DNA of 32,000 bases from Candidatus Methylomirabilis limnetica (GCF_003044035.1 NZ_NVQC01000013.1:90001-122000), one strand, 5' to 3'; positions 8,861 through 18,409 are shown, numbered from the stretch's first letter. Program-made: numbers and translations. The notes: generated by a model not told the origin, from the letters alone.

Positions 8861-9001
8861 TGCAGTAACGCGATAATACGTGCGATTAATCGTGATACCT
8901 TGACCGCTTCGCCCTCCTTTTGCGTACCTTGACAGCGGGAGCTAGTTGATAGTATGATGTGTCTGTAAATCGGTATGAGCAGAAAAACAGAGAGGTATGT
9001 T

Positions 9002-9277
9002 ATGGATATCACGCTACAAGTGCGGCAGAGGGGCGCGCTCACGCTCCCCGCCAACCTGCGGGAGCGCTACAAGATCAAACCCGGCGATACGTATCGGGTC
9101 TTGGACCTGGACGGCATCCTGGTCCTCACACCCATGGTGCCCATGGTGCCTGAACTGGCCCGCGAGATAGAGCGCGCCCGCATCGAGGCGGGGTTAAGTG
9201 TTGAGGACCTGCTGGCGGCCCTGCGAGAGCAGCGTACGCGATACGCGCAAGAGAAGTATGGCCGAAAACGTCGATGA
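9002..9277 (+). CDS. vapB: AbrB/SpoVT-type antitoxin (VapB-like)
   Basis: MDITLQVRQRGALTLPANLRERYKIKPGDTYRV is a SpoVT/AbrB swapped-hairpin motif. ATG 9002 lies downstream of AGAGAGG. Its stop overlaps the PIN gene start (ATGA at 9274-9277). Confidence 0.75.
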   Translation: MDITLQVRQRGALTLPANLRERYKIKPGDTYRVLDLDGILVLTPMVPMVPELAREIERARIEAGLSVEDLLAALREQRTRYAQEKYGRKRR

Positions 9278-9729
9278 AGAGGCCGCTTGTCTTTCTCGAC
9301 GCGGACGTCCTCTTTGCCGGAGTTGCCGCGCCGACAGAGCAGGGCGCCAGTCACGTCGTCCTTAGATTAGGAGAGATCACCCTTATCGAATGTGTCACCT
9401 CCACCCAGGTGGTCACGGAAGTTGAACGCAACTTCGAAAAGAAGTTGCCCAGCAAGCTGCCCGAACTCCGACTGATTATCAGTCGCAGCCTCCGGGTCGT
9501 ACCTGATCCGGAACCTCACGAACTGCCCCCTTACAAAGGGCAGGCTGATCCCAAGGACCTGCCGATCCTGATCGCGGCTCTCACGCATGGCTGTCGCTAT
9601 CTGCTCACGTTCAATATCCGCCATTACGAACCCGCCACATCCGAGATCTTAGTCCAACGTCCGGGTGATTTCCTGGCAACCATTCGGACCCTCCTAGTTC
9701 AACTGGCAGCAGGGACCGAAAAGACGTAG
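9274..9729 (+). CDS. vapC: PIN-domain toxin (VapC-like)
   Basis: VFLDADVLFAG..(Asp 1), ..TEVERN.., ..DPKDLPILIAAL.. and ..LLTFNIRHY show PIN-type acidic residue spacing. The gene is translationally coupled to the AbrB antitoxin. Confidence 0.7.
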   Translation: MKRPLVFLDADVLFAGVAAPTEQGASHVVLRLGEITLIECVTSTQVVTEVERNFEKKLPSKLPELRLIISRSLRVVPDPEPHELPPYKGQADPKDLPILIAALTHGCRYLLTFNIRHYEPATSEILVQRPGDFLATIRTLLVQLAAGTEKT

Positions 9730-9767
9730 AGGTCGTACTCATCGGCCACTTCCTCATCCCGAACAAT

Positions 9768-9964
9768 GGGGTCAGGCATGCCTTATTGCCTCTTGGTGAT
9801 TCCCGTCGTGCGTCGTATGATCGGAGGGTCGTTGAGCCGGGGCGTAAGAAAGCTGGTGGAAGAGATGGAGAAGGACCGGGACCTCTTGAAGTCGGTGCAG
9901 GTCCTCTGTGAGACGATGCGAAGAGGGCGGCCTTTTAAAAAGACAATAAGGCAAGCCTGACCCC
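9768..9964 (+). mobile_element. IS-like element copy E: 197-bp internal-deletion derivative retaining both TIRs
   Basis: The left end 9768-9825 matches the first ~58 bp of copies A and D. It is joined directly to the last ~140 bp (..SLSRGVRKLVEEMEKDRDL..RRGRPFKKTIRQA) and the right TIR ending at 9964. Confidence 0.85.
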
Positions 9965-9986
9965 TAACTACTCTGACCCCTAACTA

Positions 9987-10147
9987 CTCCGAAGCCAAGC
10001 GACGCCTCGTGGGAACCCGGGGTCACGTTCCGGGACCTGGTCAGGATCATGATGGACGCCGACCTCGATGCCGCGGGCCTAACCGCGCAAGGGCAGGGGA
10101 AGCGGTGCCTTACCGATGGTCGGCTGGACTGGCTCAGGAGACCGTGA
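9987..10147 (+). pseudogene. gmd: gmd 3' ~160-bp fragment
   Basis: Colinear with 12541-12703, with a 2-nt deletion after ..cgcctcg. It ends at the same TGA context (10145-10147). Confidence 0.8.
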
Positions 10148-10224
10148 TGGCGTACAACGGGTATAGGGGCGATTCGGTGGGCTAGTGAGGCAGTAGGAAG
10201 GCGGAAGGATCCCGATATCCAGGA

Positions 10225-10806
10225 CTAGGCGAGCACCTCATCCACCTGGATCTCAAACCCCACCAAGACCGACGATCGAGCTCTTTCCCCATGGCCGAAG
10301 CGCCCAATCAGACGATAACTCCCTTGCTCTAAGGCAAACACCTCTATCGTTCCCCCCTCCCAATCTACGATCCAATATTCGCCCACGCCGCATTGCTCAT
10401 ACAGCGCCTTTTTCTCAACATGGTCTCGTCGCCACGTCCCTGGCGAGACGACTTCAACGATCAGATCAGGTGCTCCGCGAATCTGGTCCTGAATGATCTC
10501 TTGTCTGGCATGTGAGACATAGACGATATCGGGTTGCACGACCCGCCGTGGTGTCAGGACGACATCCAAAGGCGCAAGTAAGACTTCACCCAATTGAGGT
10601 ATGGACACAAATTGAGCCAGCAGGCGAGCCACACGGAAAGAGATTCTCTGGTGCTGTGCAACCGGCGAAGGCGTCATGACGAGATCTCCTTCCCATAGTT
10701 CGGTCGGTTGATTCGTCTCAGTCTTCTCAGCGAGCAGTTCGTTGTACGTCCACACTCGCTTTCCCTGTAAAGCCTTTGTCGCCATTGTGGTCACCTCCTC
10801 CGCCAC
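10225..10806 (-). CDS. Uma2-family (DUF820) PD-(D/E)xK endonuclease-like protein
   Basis: YNELLA...ELWEGDLVMTPSPVAQHQRISFRVARLL..VVQPDIVYV..APDLIVEVVSPGTWRRDHVEKKALYEQCGVGEYWIVD is the canonical Uma2 pattern, including the D..EVxS..K catalytic-like motif. Confidence 0.85.
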   Translation of the reverse strand: MAEEVTTMATKALQGKRVWTYNELLAEKTETNQPTELWEGDLVMTPSPVAQHQRISFRVARLLAQFVSIPQLGEVLLAPLDVVLTPRRVVQPDIVYVSHARQEIIQDQIRGAPDLIVEVVSPGTWRRDHVEKKALYEQCGVGEYWIVDWEGGTIEVFALEQGSYRLIGRFGHGERARSSVLVGFEIQVDEVLA

Positions 10807-11240
10807 TCACCAACCCTCACCCTGCGAGAGCATGCTTGGGCGAGCCCATTCGGCATCAAAGCAGCTTACGACGGATCGGCCAGTCCCTGGACGGCTCTAC
10901 GGCCTTAGACATCAGAGGACCGGCCAGACGTAGGTGAGGTTACTCCTAGCCTCTCTGTACCACATAGAGGTGACGGCCGTCAAGCAGGACGCCGCGCACC
11001 CCAACGTCAACGACACACGTTCTTCCACACCCGGATACCCTCCCGTTAGGAGCCACAGTAGCCGATGTACTGCACGCCTTCTTGGGTTTAGCCGATCCTT
11101 TTCGCCCATCGTCGCACGGCTCGGTCAACCGTCTGGGCATCAGGCCATGGGAAGACGGGCGAACGTCATGATCTTACCGGCATAACGGAGAGCCTCCCTA
11201 CTGGGCCGCAAAGCAGGCCCACTCATGCCGGCCCGCATTC

Positions 11241-11480
11241 CGGGAGTCCTCCGATTGCGCCAGATCCCTTTCATGTGTTCGGTGCGGCATGGTATTACTG
11301 TAACAGAGCTATGGGGAAAGAACAAGGACGCGGGAGAGGGGGAGCCTTCGTGGTCTGTTTCACAATTACGGTCACGTATCCGTTCGTGGTGAGCTTGTCG
11401 AACCATGAACGAGGAGGCCACCCTTCGACTGGCTCAGGGTGAACGGATTCATGGGCATAGTTATGAAATGCTGTACTTAG
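11241..11480 (+). repeat. block upstream of intact gmd, duplicated at 6391-6653
   Basis: See 6391-6653. It ends 183 bp before the gmd start codon. Confidence 0.85.
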
Positions 11481-11662
11481 TCGCGGAGAGGCGACGGGGC
11501 CCTTAGCTGACCGACGTGTTGTCTTGACATGGGGGTCCACTTCAGGCACGCTGTAGCAACCGGATGGTCCCGCCTGCCGGCGAAGAGGGCCAGTTCTGTA
11601 CGATGAGGATTCAGGGGGCTACCGCTAACGGCTCCATCGGACGCGCAACAAGGAGACCCCAT

Positions 11663-12703
11663 ATGCCAACCGCGATCATCACCGGAATCACCGGGCAAGA
11701 CGGCTCGTACCTGGCCGAGCTACTGCTCGCGAAGGGCTACACGGTCCACGGGCTGATCCGGCGGGCCAGTACGTTCCATACGGAGCGGATCGAGCATCTC
11801 TACCAGGATCCGCACGACCCTCTAGCCCGCATCGTCCTGCACTATGGCGATCTCTCCGATTCAAGCCAGCTCACGAACCTGTTCTATGAGGTCCGGCCAG
11901 ATGAGGTCTATCACCTGGGGGCGCAAAGCCATGTGCGAGTGAGCTTCGACATGCCGGACTACACCGGAGACATCACTGGGCTCGGCGCAGTCCGGTTACT
12001 GGAGGCGATCCGTAAGAGCGGGGTGGGGTGCCGGATCTACCAGGCCTCTAGCAGTGAGATGTATGGGGACGCCCCCGCGCCCCAGAACGAGCAGAGCCGC
12101 TTCCAACCGCGCAGCCCCTACGCGGCCGCCAAGCTCTATGCTTACTGGATGGTACGCAATTACCGCGAAGGATACGGCCTCTTCGCCTGTAACGGCATTA
12201 TGTTCAACCATGAGTCGCCTCGGCGGGGGGAGACCTTCGTGACACGGAAGATTACGCGAGCCGTGTCCGCCATCCTCGCCGGGCGGCAGAAGACGCTGTT
12301 TCTGGGCAACCTCGAGGCTCGACGCGATTGGGGGTTTGCGCCGGAGTACGTCGAGGGGATGTGGCTGATGCTCCAGCAGGAAGCACCGTGTGACCTGGTC
12401 TTCGGGACAGGGGAGACCCATTCGGTGCGAGAGTTCGTGGAGGAGGCGTTCGGCTATGTCAACCTGGACTGGCGGGAGTATGTGGCGGAGGACCCGCGCT
12501 ACTTACGCCCGACCGAGGTCCCGCTCCTGCTGGCCGATCCCTCCGAGGCCAAGCGGCGGCTCGGATGGGAGCCCGGGATCACGTTCCGGGATCTGGTCCG
12601 AATCATGATGGACGCCGACCTGGAGGCCGCAGGTCTGCCCGCACCAGGGGAGGGGAAGCGGTGCCTTACCGATGGTCGGTTGGCGTGGCTCAGGAAGCCG
12701 TGA
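11663..12703 (+). CDS. gmd: GDP-mannose 4,6-dehydratase
   Basis: [26 protein letters not shown] (Rossmann GxxGxxG), SSSEMYG and [12 protein letters not shown] (the SDR Y-xxx-K) are present. AGGAGA at 11651-11656 precedes ATG 11663. The 11564 start in the ORF track adds 33 non-homologous residues. Confidence 0.95.
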   Translation: MPTAIITGITGQDGSYLAELLLAKGYTVHGLIRRASTFHTERIEHLYQDPHDPLARIVLHYGDLSDSSQLTNLFYEVRPDEVYHLGAQSHVRVSFDMPDYTGDITGLGAVRLLEAIRKSGVGCRIYQASSSEMYGDAPAPQNEQSRFQPRSPYAAAKLYAYWMVRNYREGYGLFACNGIMFNHESPRRGETFVTRKITRAVSAILAGRQKTLFLGNLEARRDWGFAPEYVEGMWLMLQQEAPCDLVFGTGETHSVREFVEEAFGYVNLDWREYVAEDPRYLRPTEVPLLLADPSEAKRRLGWEPGITFRDLVRIMMDADLEAAGLPAPGEGKRCLTDGRLAWLRKP

Positions 12704-12758
12704 AGGGGGCTACGCGATCGGCTTGGCCTGATCCACGACGAAGGGATCATATGTGGTT

Positions 12759-12898
12759 GCTTGACAGCGGCCCCCGAATGCAGGAACGCTCCCCATCAAG
12801 TAGAGCCTAGTCATATGGAGCGGACTGCGAGAAGTTACGGTTCGTGGAACCAGAGACGATAGAAGTAGAGCGGGTCGCGTAAGCTCGTTTCAGCGACT
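12759..12898 (+). repeat. paralogue of the window-start locus (194-246 + 408-470 + 840-868), lacking the MITE and the nucleotidyltransferase gene
   Basis: The block gcttgaca..cgctccccatcaagtagagcctag / tatggagcggactgcgag.agttacggttcgtggaa.cagagacgatagaagtagagcgggtc / gcgtaagc.cgtttcagcgact is shared. The unoccupied MITE site is at 12811-12814. The deletion junction relative to 471-839 is at 12876/12877. Confidence 0.8.
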
Positions 12899-13161
12899 CG
12901 TGTGCGCTGGCGGACGAAGACGTCTTGCTGCGCCGCAAAGCACATCCACTTGTGGCGCCCAGCCCTCTGGGAATTCACCGACTGTTCCAGCCCCCTTAAC
13001 ACAGATGTAAGACGCGATAGTACACCGAACCTACCGATCAGGTTGCCGTTTGATCAATTGGTGCCGCTTCCCTCGAGGAGAACCAGTGCGCAGGTTAATT
13101 TATCCGCCAAGGATTACATCGAAGAGGACTTCCGTTCCGAAGGGGTAGGAGGCGGGGGCAA

Positions 13162-13545
13162 ATGCGACCTATACAAATTGTAACACTTTCTCCTTTGCGG
13201 GATAGTCGGGGATCGCTTACCGAAATCTTTAGGCAGGAATGGGTGAATAGCGCAATACCTGTACAATGGAACTGTGTTCAATCTGAGACGAACGTCTTAC
13301 GCGGCGTTCATGTGCATGTGAAGCATACAGTTACCATTCCCAAGGCGCAATACGCGGATGCCAGCATATTGGCATTAAGCTTTATAGCTGAATCACCAGT
13401 TCGTCCGGTGGATTTGGGGATTAGTATCGACCCGCGACTACTCGGCGTGGGCCTGGTGTCACTTCGCCTGTCAGCAGTACAACTGCCGAGGCGCAGTGCA
13501 TTGATTAAAAAATGCGCAGGCTGGTTGAAAAGCGTGGCATATTAG
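13162..13545 (+). pseudogene. N-terminal remnant of an RmlC-like cupin (dTDP-4-dehydrorhamnose 3,5-epimerase family), then unrelated sequence
   Basis: LRDSRGSLTEIFRQEW....PVQWNCVQSETNVLRGVHVHVKH resembles the RmlC-family N-terminus (D.RG...E.F......Q.N.S.S....LRG.H). Similarity is lost after about residue 55 (near 13330). GGAGG at 13147-13151 lies upstream of the ATG. The surrounding 12.9-13.55 kb looks AT-richer than the flanks. Confidence 0.4.
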
Positions 13546-13586
13546 CGTTCGTTCTGAGTCGATTGTCGGAATGACCTCGGCTTGTC

Positions 13587-14813
13587 TTAAAGGAGAAACT
13601 GCCTCAGGGTTTTAATGGACAGGAGTGTGCGGGGTGGGAGCAGATCACCGACTACGCCTAGCACCAGGTCCGCAAGGGGTTGACGTCTCCGGAGTAGTCG
13701 CGTGACAGTATTGGCCGCGATGGGATGACGGATGACGGCCTGCAGTGCGGCGCCCAGGCGCTTCCTGCTAGTCAAGGTCTTGCGCTGTTCATCGTCAAAC
13801 CGCTTGAGGTGAGCCTCCGTGAGGCCTCCGTCACCCTCGGCAAGAGCCGAGGCGATCGTATGGGACGCAAGCTTCGCGCTGTAGAGGGCGTGACCTACCC
13901 CTTCGCCGGTAAAGGGGTCGTAGAAGCCGACTGCGTCTCCAATCAGCAGCGCGCCGGCCTTGGCGCTGCGACTCGATCGAAACGCTAAGGGGCCGAGGCA
14001 TCGGACCGACCCACGTCGGCGCGCATCACGGAGCGTGCGGAGCGCGAGCGGAAACGTCTGCAGTGTGCCATCGAACAGCTCGTCGAGTTGCCCTTTCCAG
14101 TTTTGCACGATCCCTTGGTCCACCACGATGATCGCGTTGACCAGCCGCTCGCCGATCGGATTGAGGATGCAGTACGATCGATCGCCGACCGAGATCATCC
14201 CGTGATCCCGTAGGGGCACGTTGCAACGTGCCCCCTCGTAGTAGGCGACCAGCGCCATCCGACGCAGTGTTGGATGGGGCTGGTGAAGGCCGAGCCGTCG
14301 GGCCACCACTGAGTCTCGTCCATCCGCTCCCACCACGATCTGCCCACGATACGTCTCCTGGCCCGTCGGTCCAATCCCCGTGACGCCGCTAACGCGCCCA
14401 TTTTCCCAGATCAGATCGATCACGCGCAATCCTTCGACGCATCTCGTCCCGAAACCTCGAGCCCATTTCAGCAACAGGGTGTCAAGGATGGCCCTGGGGA
14501 TGGAAAGCGCAAAAGGGGAGGTCCCATTGATCTCGGTGATGGCGGGAAACTTGGCCGTGAAGGTCGTACCGTCCGGGGAGGTGACCGTCATTCCCCACAG
14601 GCGCCGTGCCCCGGCCGAACGCACGAGGTCGAGTAGGTCGAGTTGGTCGAGGAGCCTGACGGTCCCCGGGCTGAGATAGTCGCCGCAGAGCTTCTCGCGT
14701 GGGAAGGTCGCCTTGTCGAGTAGGAGCGTCTCAACCCCGCGCTGAGCCAGAAGACCGGCTAGGACCGAGCCGGCCGGACCGGCGCCCACAACAATCACCG
14801 GTATCTGTATCAT
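13587..14813 (-). CDS. FAD-dependent oxidoreductase, geranylgeranyl-reductase / flavin monooxygenase family
   Basis: VIVVGAGPAGSVLAGLLAQRGVETLLLDKATFPREKLCGDYLSP combines the dinucleotide-binding GxGxxG with the K.CG motif of the GGR family. GADG and the later GDA.GF.DP.TGEG motif are also present. It is the last gene of the PKS operon. Confidence 0.85.
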   Translation of the reverse strand: MIQIPVIVVGAGPAGSVLAGLLAQRGVETLLLDKATFPREKLCGDYLSPGTVRLLDQLDLLDLVRSAGARRLWGMTVTSPDGTTFTAKFPAITEINGTSPFALSIPRAILDTLLLKWARGFGTRCVEGLRVIDLIWENGRVSGVTGIGPTGQETYRGQIVVGADGRDSVVARRLGLHQPHPTLRRMALVAYYEGARCNVPLRDHGMISVGDRSYCILNPIGERLVNAIIVVDQGIVQNWKGQLDELFDGTLQTFPLALRTLRDARRRGSVRCLGPLAFRSSRSAKAGALLIGDAVGFYDPFTGEGVGHALYSAKLASHTIASALAEGDGGLTEAHLKRFDDEQRKTLTSRKRLGAALQAVIRHPIAANTVTRLLRRRQPLADLVLGVVGDLLPPRTLLSIKTLRQFLL

Positions 14814-14822
14814 GGAGATACC

Positions 14823-15470
14823 CTACTCGGGGACCGCCACCACCTTGAAGCTCACCATCACCTCATCCTTCATCGGGATAAACAGTAGCGAGGGGATAGG
14901 GATCTGGAAGGTGGAGAGGCGCAGAGGGACCGCCCCTTCGACCACGAGCCTCTGCTCGGTGAGTACGACCTTGGTCGGGATCAGCAGCAGTGCGGTCACC
15001 CCGTGTAGCATCAGGGAGCCTCGAAGAGTGGCGGTGTAGTGGCCGCCGCTCTTGGGCTCTACCAGGTCCACGCCGCTTAGGGTGAAGAGGATTGTCGGAA
15101 AGCGATCGGTATGCAGGTGGCTCCTCCCCATCTTGTTGTCTCGCATCGCAATTCCGGTGGTGAGACTACTGGCCTCGATCTCCACACATCCTGCCGCCTT
15201 GCTCGCGAGAGGGGCGCTGAGCAGGCGCACGCGACCGGACAGTTGGCCGACAACTCCGGTGAATGTGTGTAACCTGGCGTCGGCGTCGAAACGGATCGTG
15301 CTTTCGCGCGGGTCCAGGACGTAAGCCAGATGATGGCCGGACTCTGGTTTTGGCGTCAGTTCGCAGGCGAGCAGGACCGACTGAGGAATGAGCAGCCAGC
15401 CCAGCAAGCAGATGCCGGGGAGGAACCGCCCTACGTTGCGATCTCTTTGGTGAGGGCGATGCGGAACCAT
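14823..15470 (-). CDS. YceI-like (polyisoprenoid/lipid-binding) lipoprotein
   Basis: YVLDPRESTIRFDADARLHTFTGVVGQLSGRV...IEASSLTTGIAMRDNKM..HLHTDRFPTILF is the YceI domain pattern. The N-terminal FLPGICLLGWLLIPQSVLLAC has a lipobox-like LLAC. Confidence 0.75.
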   Translation of the reverse strand: MVPHRPHQRDRNVGRFLPGICLLGWLLIPQSVLLACELTPKPESGHHLAYVLDPRESTIRFDADARLHTFTGVVGQLSGRVRLLSAPLASKAAGCVEIEASSLTTGIAMRDNKMGRSHLHTDRFPTILFTLSGVDLVEPKSGGHYTATLRGSLMLHGVTALLLIPTKVVLTEQRLVVEGAVPLRLSTFQIPIPSLLFIPMKDEVMVSFKVVAVPE

Positions 15471-16153
15471 AGATGGTGGCTTAGCCGCACATTGGCAAGA
15501 CCAGCCTTGGTCGCCATGCGACGCAGCTCCTGGGGTCTGAAACCCCGAAGGACAGACATCGGGCCGTCGTGGCGCGTCAGACGATTGCCGGACAGCAGCC
15601 GTGTGGTAATCGCAGTGAGCCGACAGGCGAGTCGGCTGCGCAGCAGGTCATTGACCAGTAACCCGCGTCGAGCAACCCGCGCCATCTCCCTCAGCAGGAG
15701 GATCCCCTCCGCCTCGTTCAGGTGGTGAAAGAAGAGAGAGGCGATGACATAGTCGAAGCTGTGGTCAGGGTAGGGCAAGTGCGGGGCTTGCACCCCCCGC
15801 AGTCGGATCTCCGGGAAGTCCCTCGACCATTCGGTCGCAGCAGCCAGAACCTGGTCGCCCCTGTCTACTGCTTCGATGGCGACGGCAAGCTTGCGCTTCC
15901 TGGCCCAACGGCAGATGGCTCGCGGGATATCGGCCCCGCCGGTCGCGATGTCCAGAATCGTGAGGGATCTATGTGAACGCTCGCCTACCATTCGGCCGAG
16001 GTGCAAAAGTACCGCGCGCACACCGCCGAAGTATCGGTTCAGCCGCTCCAGGTCGCGCAGGTTCTCGCGGATCTCCTTATCAGAGTTGTCGGGGCGGTCC
16101 AGCAGCTCCGCCGCCCCTTGGAGACGAGGGAGGGGCAGCCAGGTAGTCACCAT
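15431..16153 (-). CDS. class I SAM-dependent methyltransferase (PKS-associated)
   Basis: LTILDIATGGADIPRAI is SAM-binding motif I (D/E-x-G-x-G-x-G variant). ..DYVIASLFFHHL.. is motif II/III. The start overlaps the PKS stop (ATGGTGA at 16147-16153). Confidence 0.8.
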   Translation of the reverse strand: MVTTWLPLPRLQGAAELLDRPDNSDKEIRENLRDLERLNRYFGGVRAVLLHLGRMVGERSHRSLTILDIATGGADIPRAICRWARKRKLAVAIEAVDRGDQVLAAATEWSRDFPEIRLRGVQAPHLPYPDHSFDYVIASLFFHHLNEAEGILLLREMARVARRGLLVNDLLRSRLACRLTAITTRLLSGNRLTRHDGPMSVLRGFRPQELRRMATKAGLANVRLSHHLWFRIALTKEIAT

Positions 16154-17172
16154 CGCAGCAGCGCTCCCTCTGCGCAGAAGCCGGGCCCTAGCGCAATCAT
16201 CACGCCCAGGTCGCCTGGGGATGCCTGTCCGGAATTGACGAGCTCGTTGAGGACGAACAGCACGGTGGCCGACGACATATTCCCGAATTGCCGAAGCACC
16301 TGGCGGGAGAAGCGGAGATCAGCGTCACTGAGCCCAACCTCTCGCTGTGCCCGTTCAAGAACCCCTCTGCCGGCGGAGTGCAGGACCCAGAAGCGAATCT
16401 CCTCCTGCTTGAGATGATAGCGATCGAGCATCCTCTCTGTCAGTCCCTTGATCATGGTGCTACCAATCCCCCGGACCTCCTTGGACAACAGGATGCGGGG
16501 TCGTCCGTCCGGGTAGGTGAACCCCATCAATTCCAGGTACTCCGAACGGACCAGGCTCATGTGACCCATCACTTCTATCCCACCCCTATCGGATGCCAGG
16601 AGGGCTGCAGCGGCCCCGTCGGCAAAGATCGCATTAGCCACTGCGGTCTCGAGTGAGTCATCGAAGTAATAGGTCGCGGAACAGATCTCCGCGGAAACGA
16701 CCAGCGCCCGATGATCGGGAAAGGCCTGTAGATGGTTGTAGGCCTGCTGCAGCGCAATCATCGCGCTGGCGCAGCCCATATCTCCCACATGCACCCGTTG
16801 AACCCCCTCCTTCATCCTGAATTCCCGGACGAAATGGGCGTCGATGTTGGGACACCGTCGGCCGGTACACGTGGTGGTCGCGATGAAGTCGATCTCCTGG
16901 GCGGAGCACCCGGCCTGGTCCAGTGCCCGCTGGATCGCCAGGCAGCCAATCTCGACGCTTCCCTTGAGGTATCGGGCGTTGAGTTCGTCCGTGGTCTCAG
17001 TGGGGTGGAAGGCGGCCTTATCCAGATACATATGCCGGTGTTCGATACCGCTGTGGATGAAGAAGCCCCGCCGTCGCTCATCGGTGTAGGGCGTTAGGGC
17101 TAGAATCTCTTCCTGGGAGAAGGACGTTGTCGGATTGGCGGTTCCGAGCGCGACGATCCTGGGGTTGGGCAT
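16147..17172 (-). CDS. type III polyketide synthase (chalcone/stilbene synthase superfamily)
   Basis: The Cys-His-Asn triad contexts are VGDMGCASAMIAL, WVLHSAGRGVL and FGNMSSATVLFVL. The N-terminus is IVALGTANP. ATG 17172 is preceded by AGGAGG on the minus strand. The ORF-track start at 17223 adds 17 residues. Confidence 0.9.
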   Translation of the reverse strand: MPNPRIVALGTANPTTSFSQEEILALTPYTDERRRGFFIHSGIEHRHMYLDKAAFHPTETTDELNARYLKGSVEIGCLAIQRALDQAGCSAQEIDFIATTTCTGRRCPNIDAHFVREFRMKEGVQRVHVGDMGCASAMIALQQAYNHLQAFPDHRALVVSAEICSATYYFDDSLETAVANAIFADGAAAALLASDRGGIEVMGHMSLVRSEYLELMGFTYPDGRPRILLSKEVRGIGSTMIKGLTERMLDRYHLKQEEIRFWVLHSAGRGVLERAQREVGLSDADLRFSRQVLRQFGNMSSATVLFVLNELVNSGQASPGDLGVMIALGPGFCAEGALLRW

Positions 17173-17386
17173 AGGTGAGCCTCCTGAAGATGCGACATCC
17201 GGATTCCTCACTCGCGGACACAAGGCCTGCGGCTAAGCCGCTTCCGCGAACTTCAACCTGGATGCCTGGAAAAGAACATTTAATCTCAAGGACAGTACGC
17301 CTCTTCTCCTGCTGGTCGAGCAGCAGGTCATGAGAGGCAACGAGGGATCTCCCACCTGCTCAGTGATCCGGCCCTCGCGGCACACC

Positions 17387-18409
17387 TTATTTCTTCTCTA
17401 CCAGGAAGTAGGTGTAGCGAAGAAAACCTACGTCATAGCCGACCTTGATGTAGATAGCTGCCGGAAATTGCTCTTTAATAATCCCAATACCGTCGCTCCC
17501 TAACTTCATTCCTGTCCAGATGAGGCGTGGAAGATCTTTGAATGAAAGCTTCTTAATACTCTTCAATGCTGCCTCGTAACCGAATTCCCAGTTTCGCTTG
17601 ACTTGATTATTGAGGTCCGTAATCTCAATTATTCTGAAATCGTTTTGATCAAAATATTTCTTATAATTCTCTGGCGTCTCAAGGCTGGGTATGGCCCAGT
17701 ACTTCATAAAAGGATGCAACACAAGTTCTTCCTGCATTGAGTTTAGCCCATCCTGCTTGCACCATCCAAGCAGGAGGAAACGAGCTCCAGGATTCATGAC
17801 TTTTGCGATTTTTTCCACAGCTAATCTTTTATCCGGTAAATAGCAATCGGCGTCCATGAGCAAAATCGCGTCAAACATTTCTCCGAGTTCATCAACTTTC
17901 ATGATGTCGTGGTGCTTGAAACGTAAATTGGGCCGCTTAAATCTGTTGGTATGTGAAAGTTGTGAACGGGAAATATCGATCCCCAAAACTTCACCAGAAG
18001 TATTTTCAGCTAGAACGTCGGTAACACCGCCTCTCCCACAAGCCAGTTCGAGCACCTTACGCACATCTTTAATCCGCAGAGCTTCTAAATATTTTTTGTG
18101 AGTATTTCTGAAAGCCGATTCCCAACTTTCATTTTCATCCTTGAACAGTGCGGGATGAAAATAATCATTCCAGTGCTCCGCATAAAGATCGCTGACCGCC
18201 GCAAACATACGTTCCATACTTTCGGCGTATTTCTCCTTAAAATACTTAAAATCATTTGTGTAAGTGTTTGGCGTAAGCATATGTTTAGAAAATTTCCTTT
18301 TGCCCTTACAGAATTCCGTTCGAGCCATTTTCAGAATACATCGCCGATTGGAAGTTTGTAAATAAGAAAGCTCTGCTTCGCGGCGCGTCTCTCGCCGCCT
18401 ATTGGCCAT
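17387..18409 (-). CDS. class I SAM-dependent methyltransferase in an AT-rich island (start uncertain: 18409, 18328 or 18280)
   Basis: VLELACGRGGVTDVLAE is motif I. VLGIDIS, FDAILLMDADCYL and NPGARFLLLGW follow it. The upstream YAEHWNDYFHPALF resembles the substrate-lid region of small-molecule or lipid C/O-methyltransferases. Two 60-nt lines hand-counted at 37% and 42% GC, against 60% for a line in the adjacent PKS gene. Confidence 0.8.
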   Translation of the reverse strand: MANRRRETRREAELSYLQTSNRRCILKMARTEFCKGKRKFSKHMLTPNTYTNDFKYFKEKYAESMERMFAAVSDLYAEHWNDYFHPALFKDENESWESAFRNTHKKYLEALRIKDVRKVLELACGRGGVTDVLAENTSGEVLGIDISRSQLSHTNRFKRPNLRFKHHDIMKVDELGEMFDAILLMDADCYLPDKRLAVEKIAKVMNPGARFLLLGWCKQDGLNSMQEELVLHPFMKYWAIPSLETPENYKKYFDQNDFRIIEITDLNNQVKRNWEFGYEAALKSIKKLSFKDLPRLIWTGMKLGSDGIGIIKEQFPAAIYIKVGYDVGFLRYTYFLVEKK

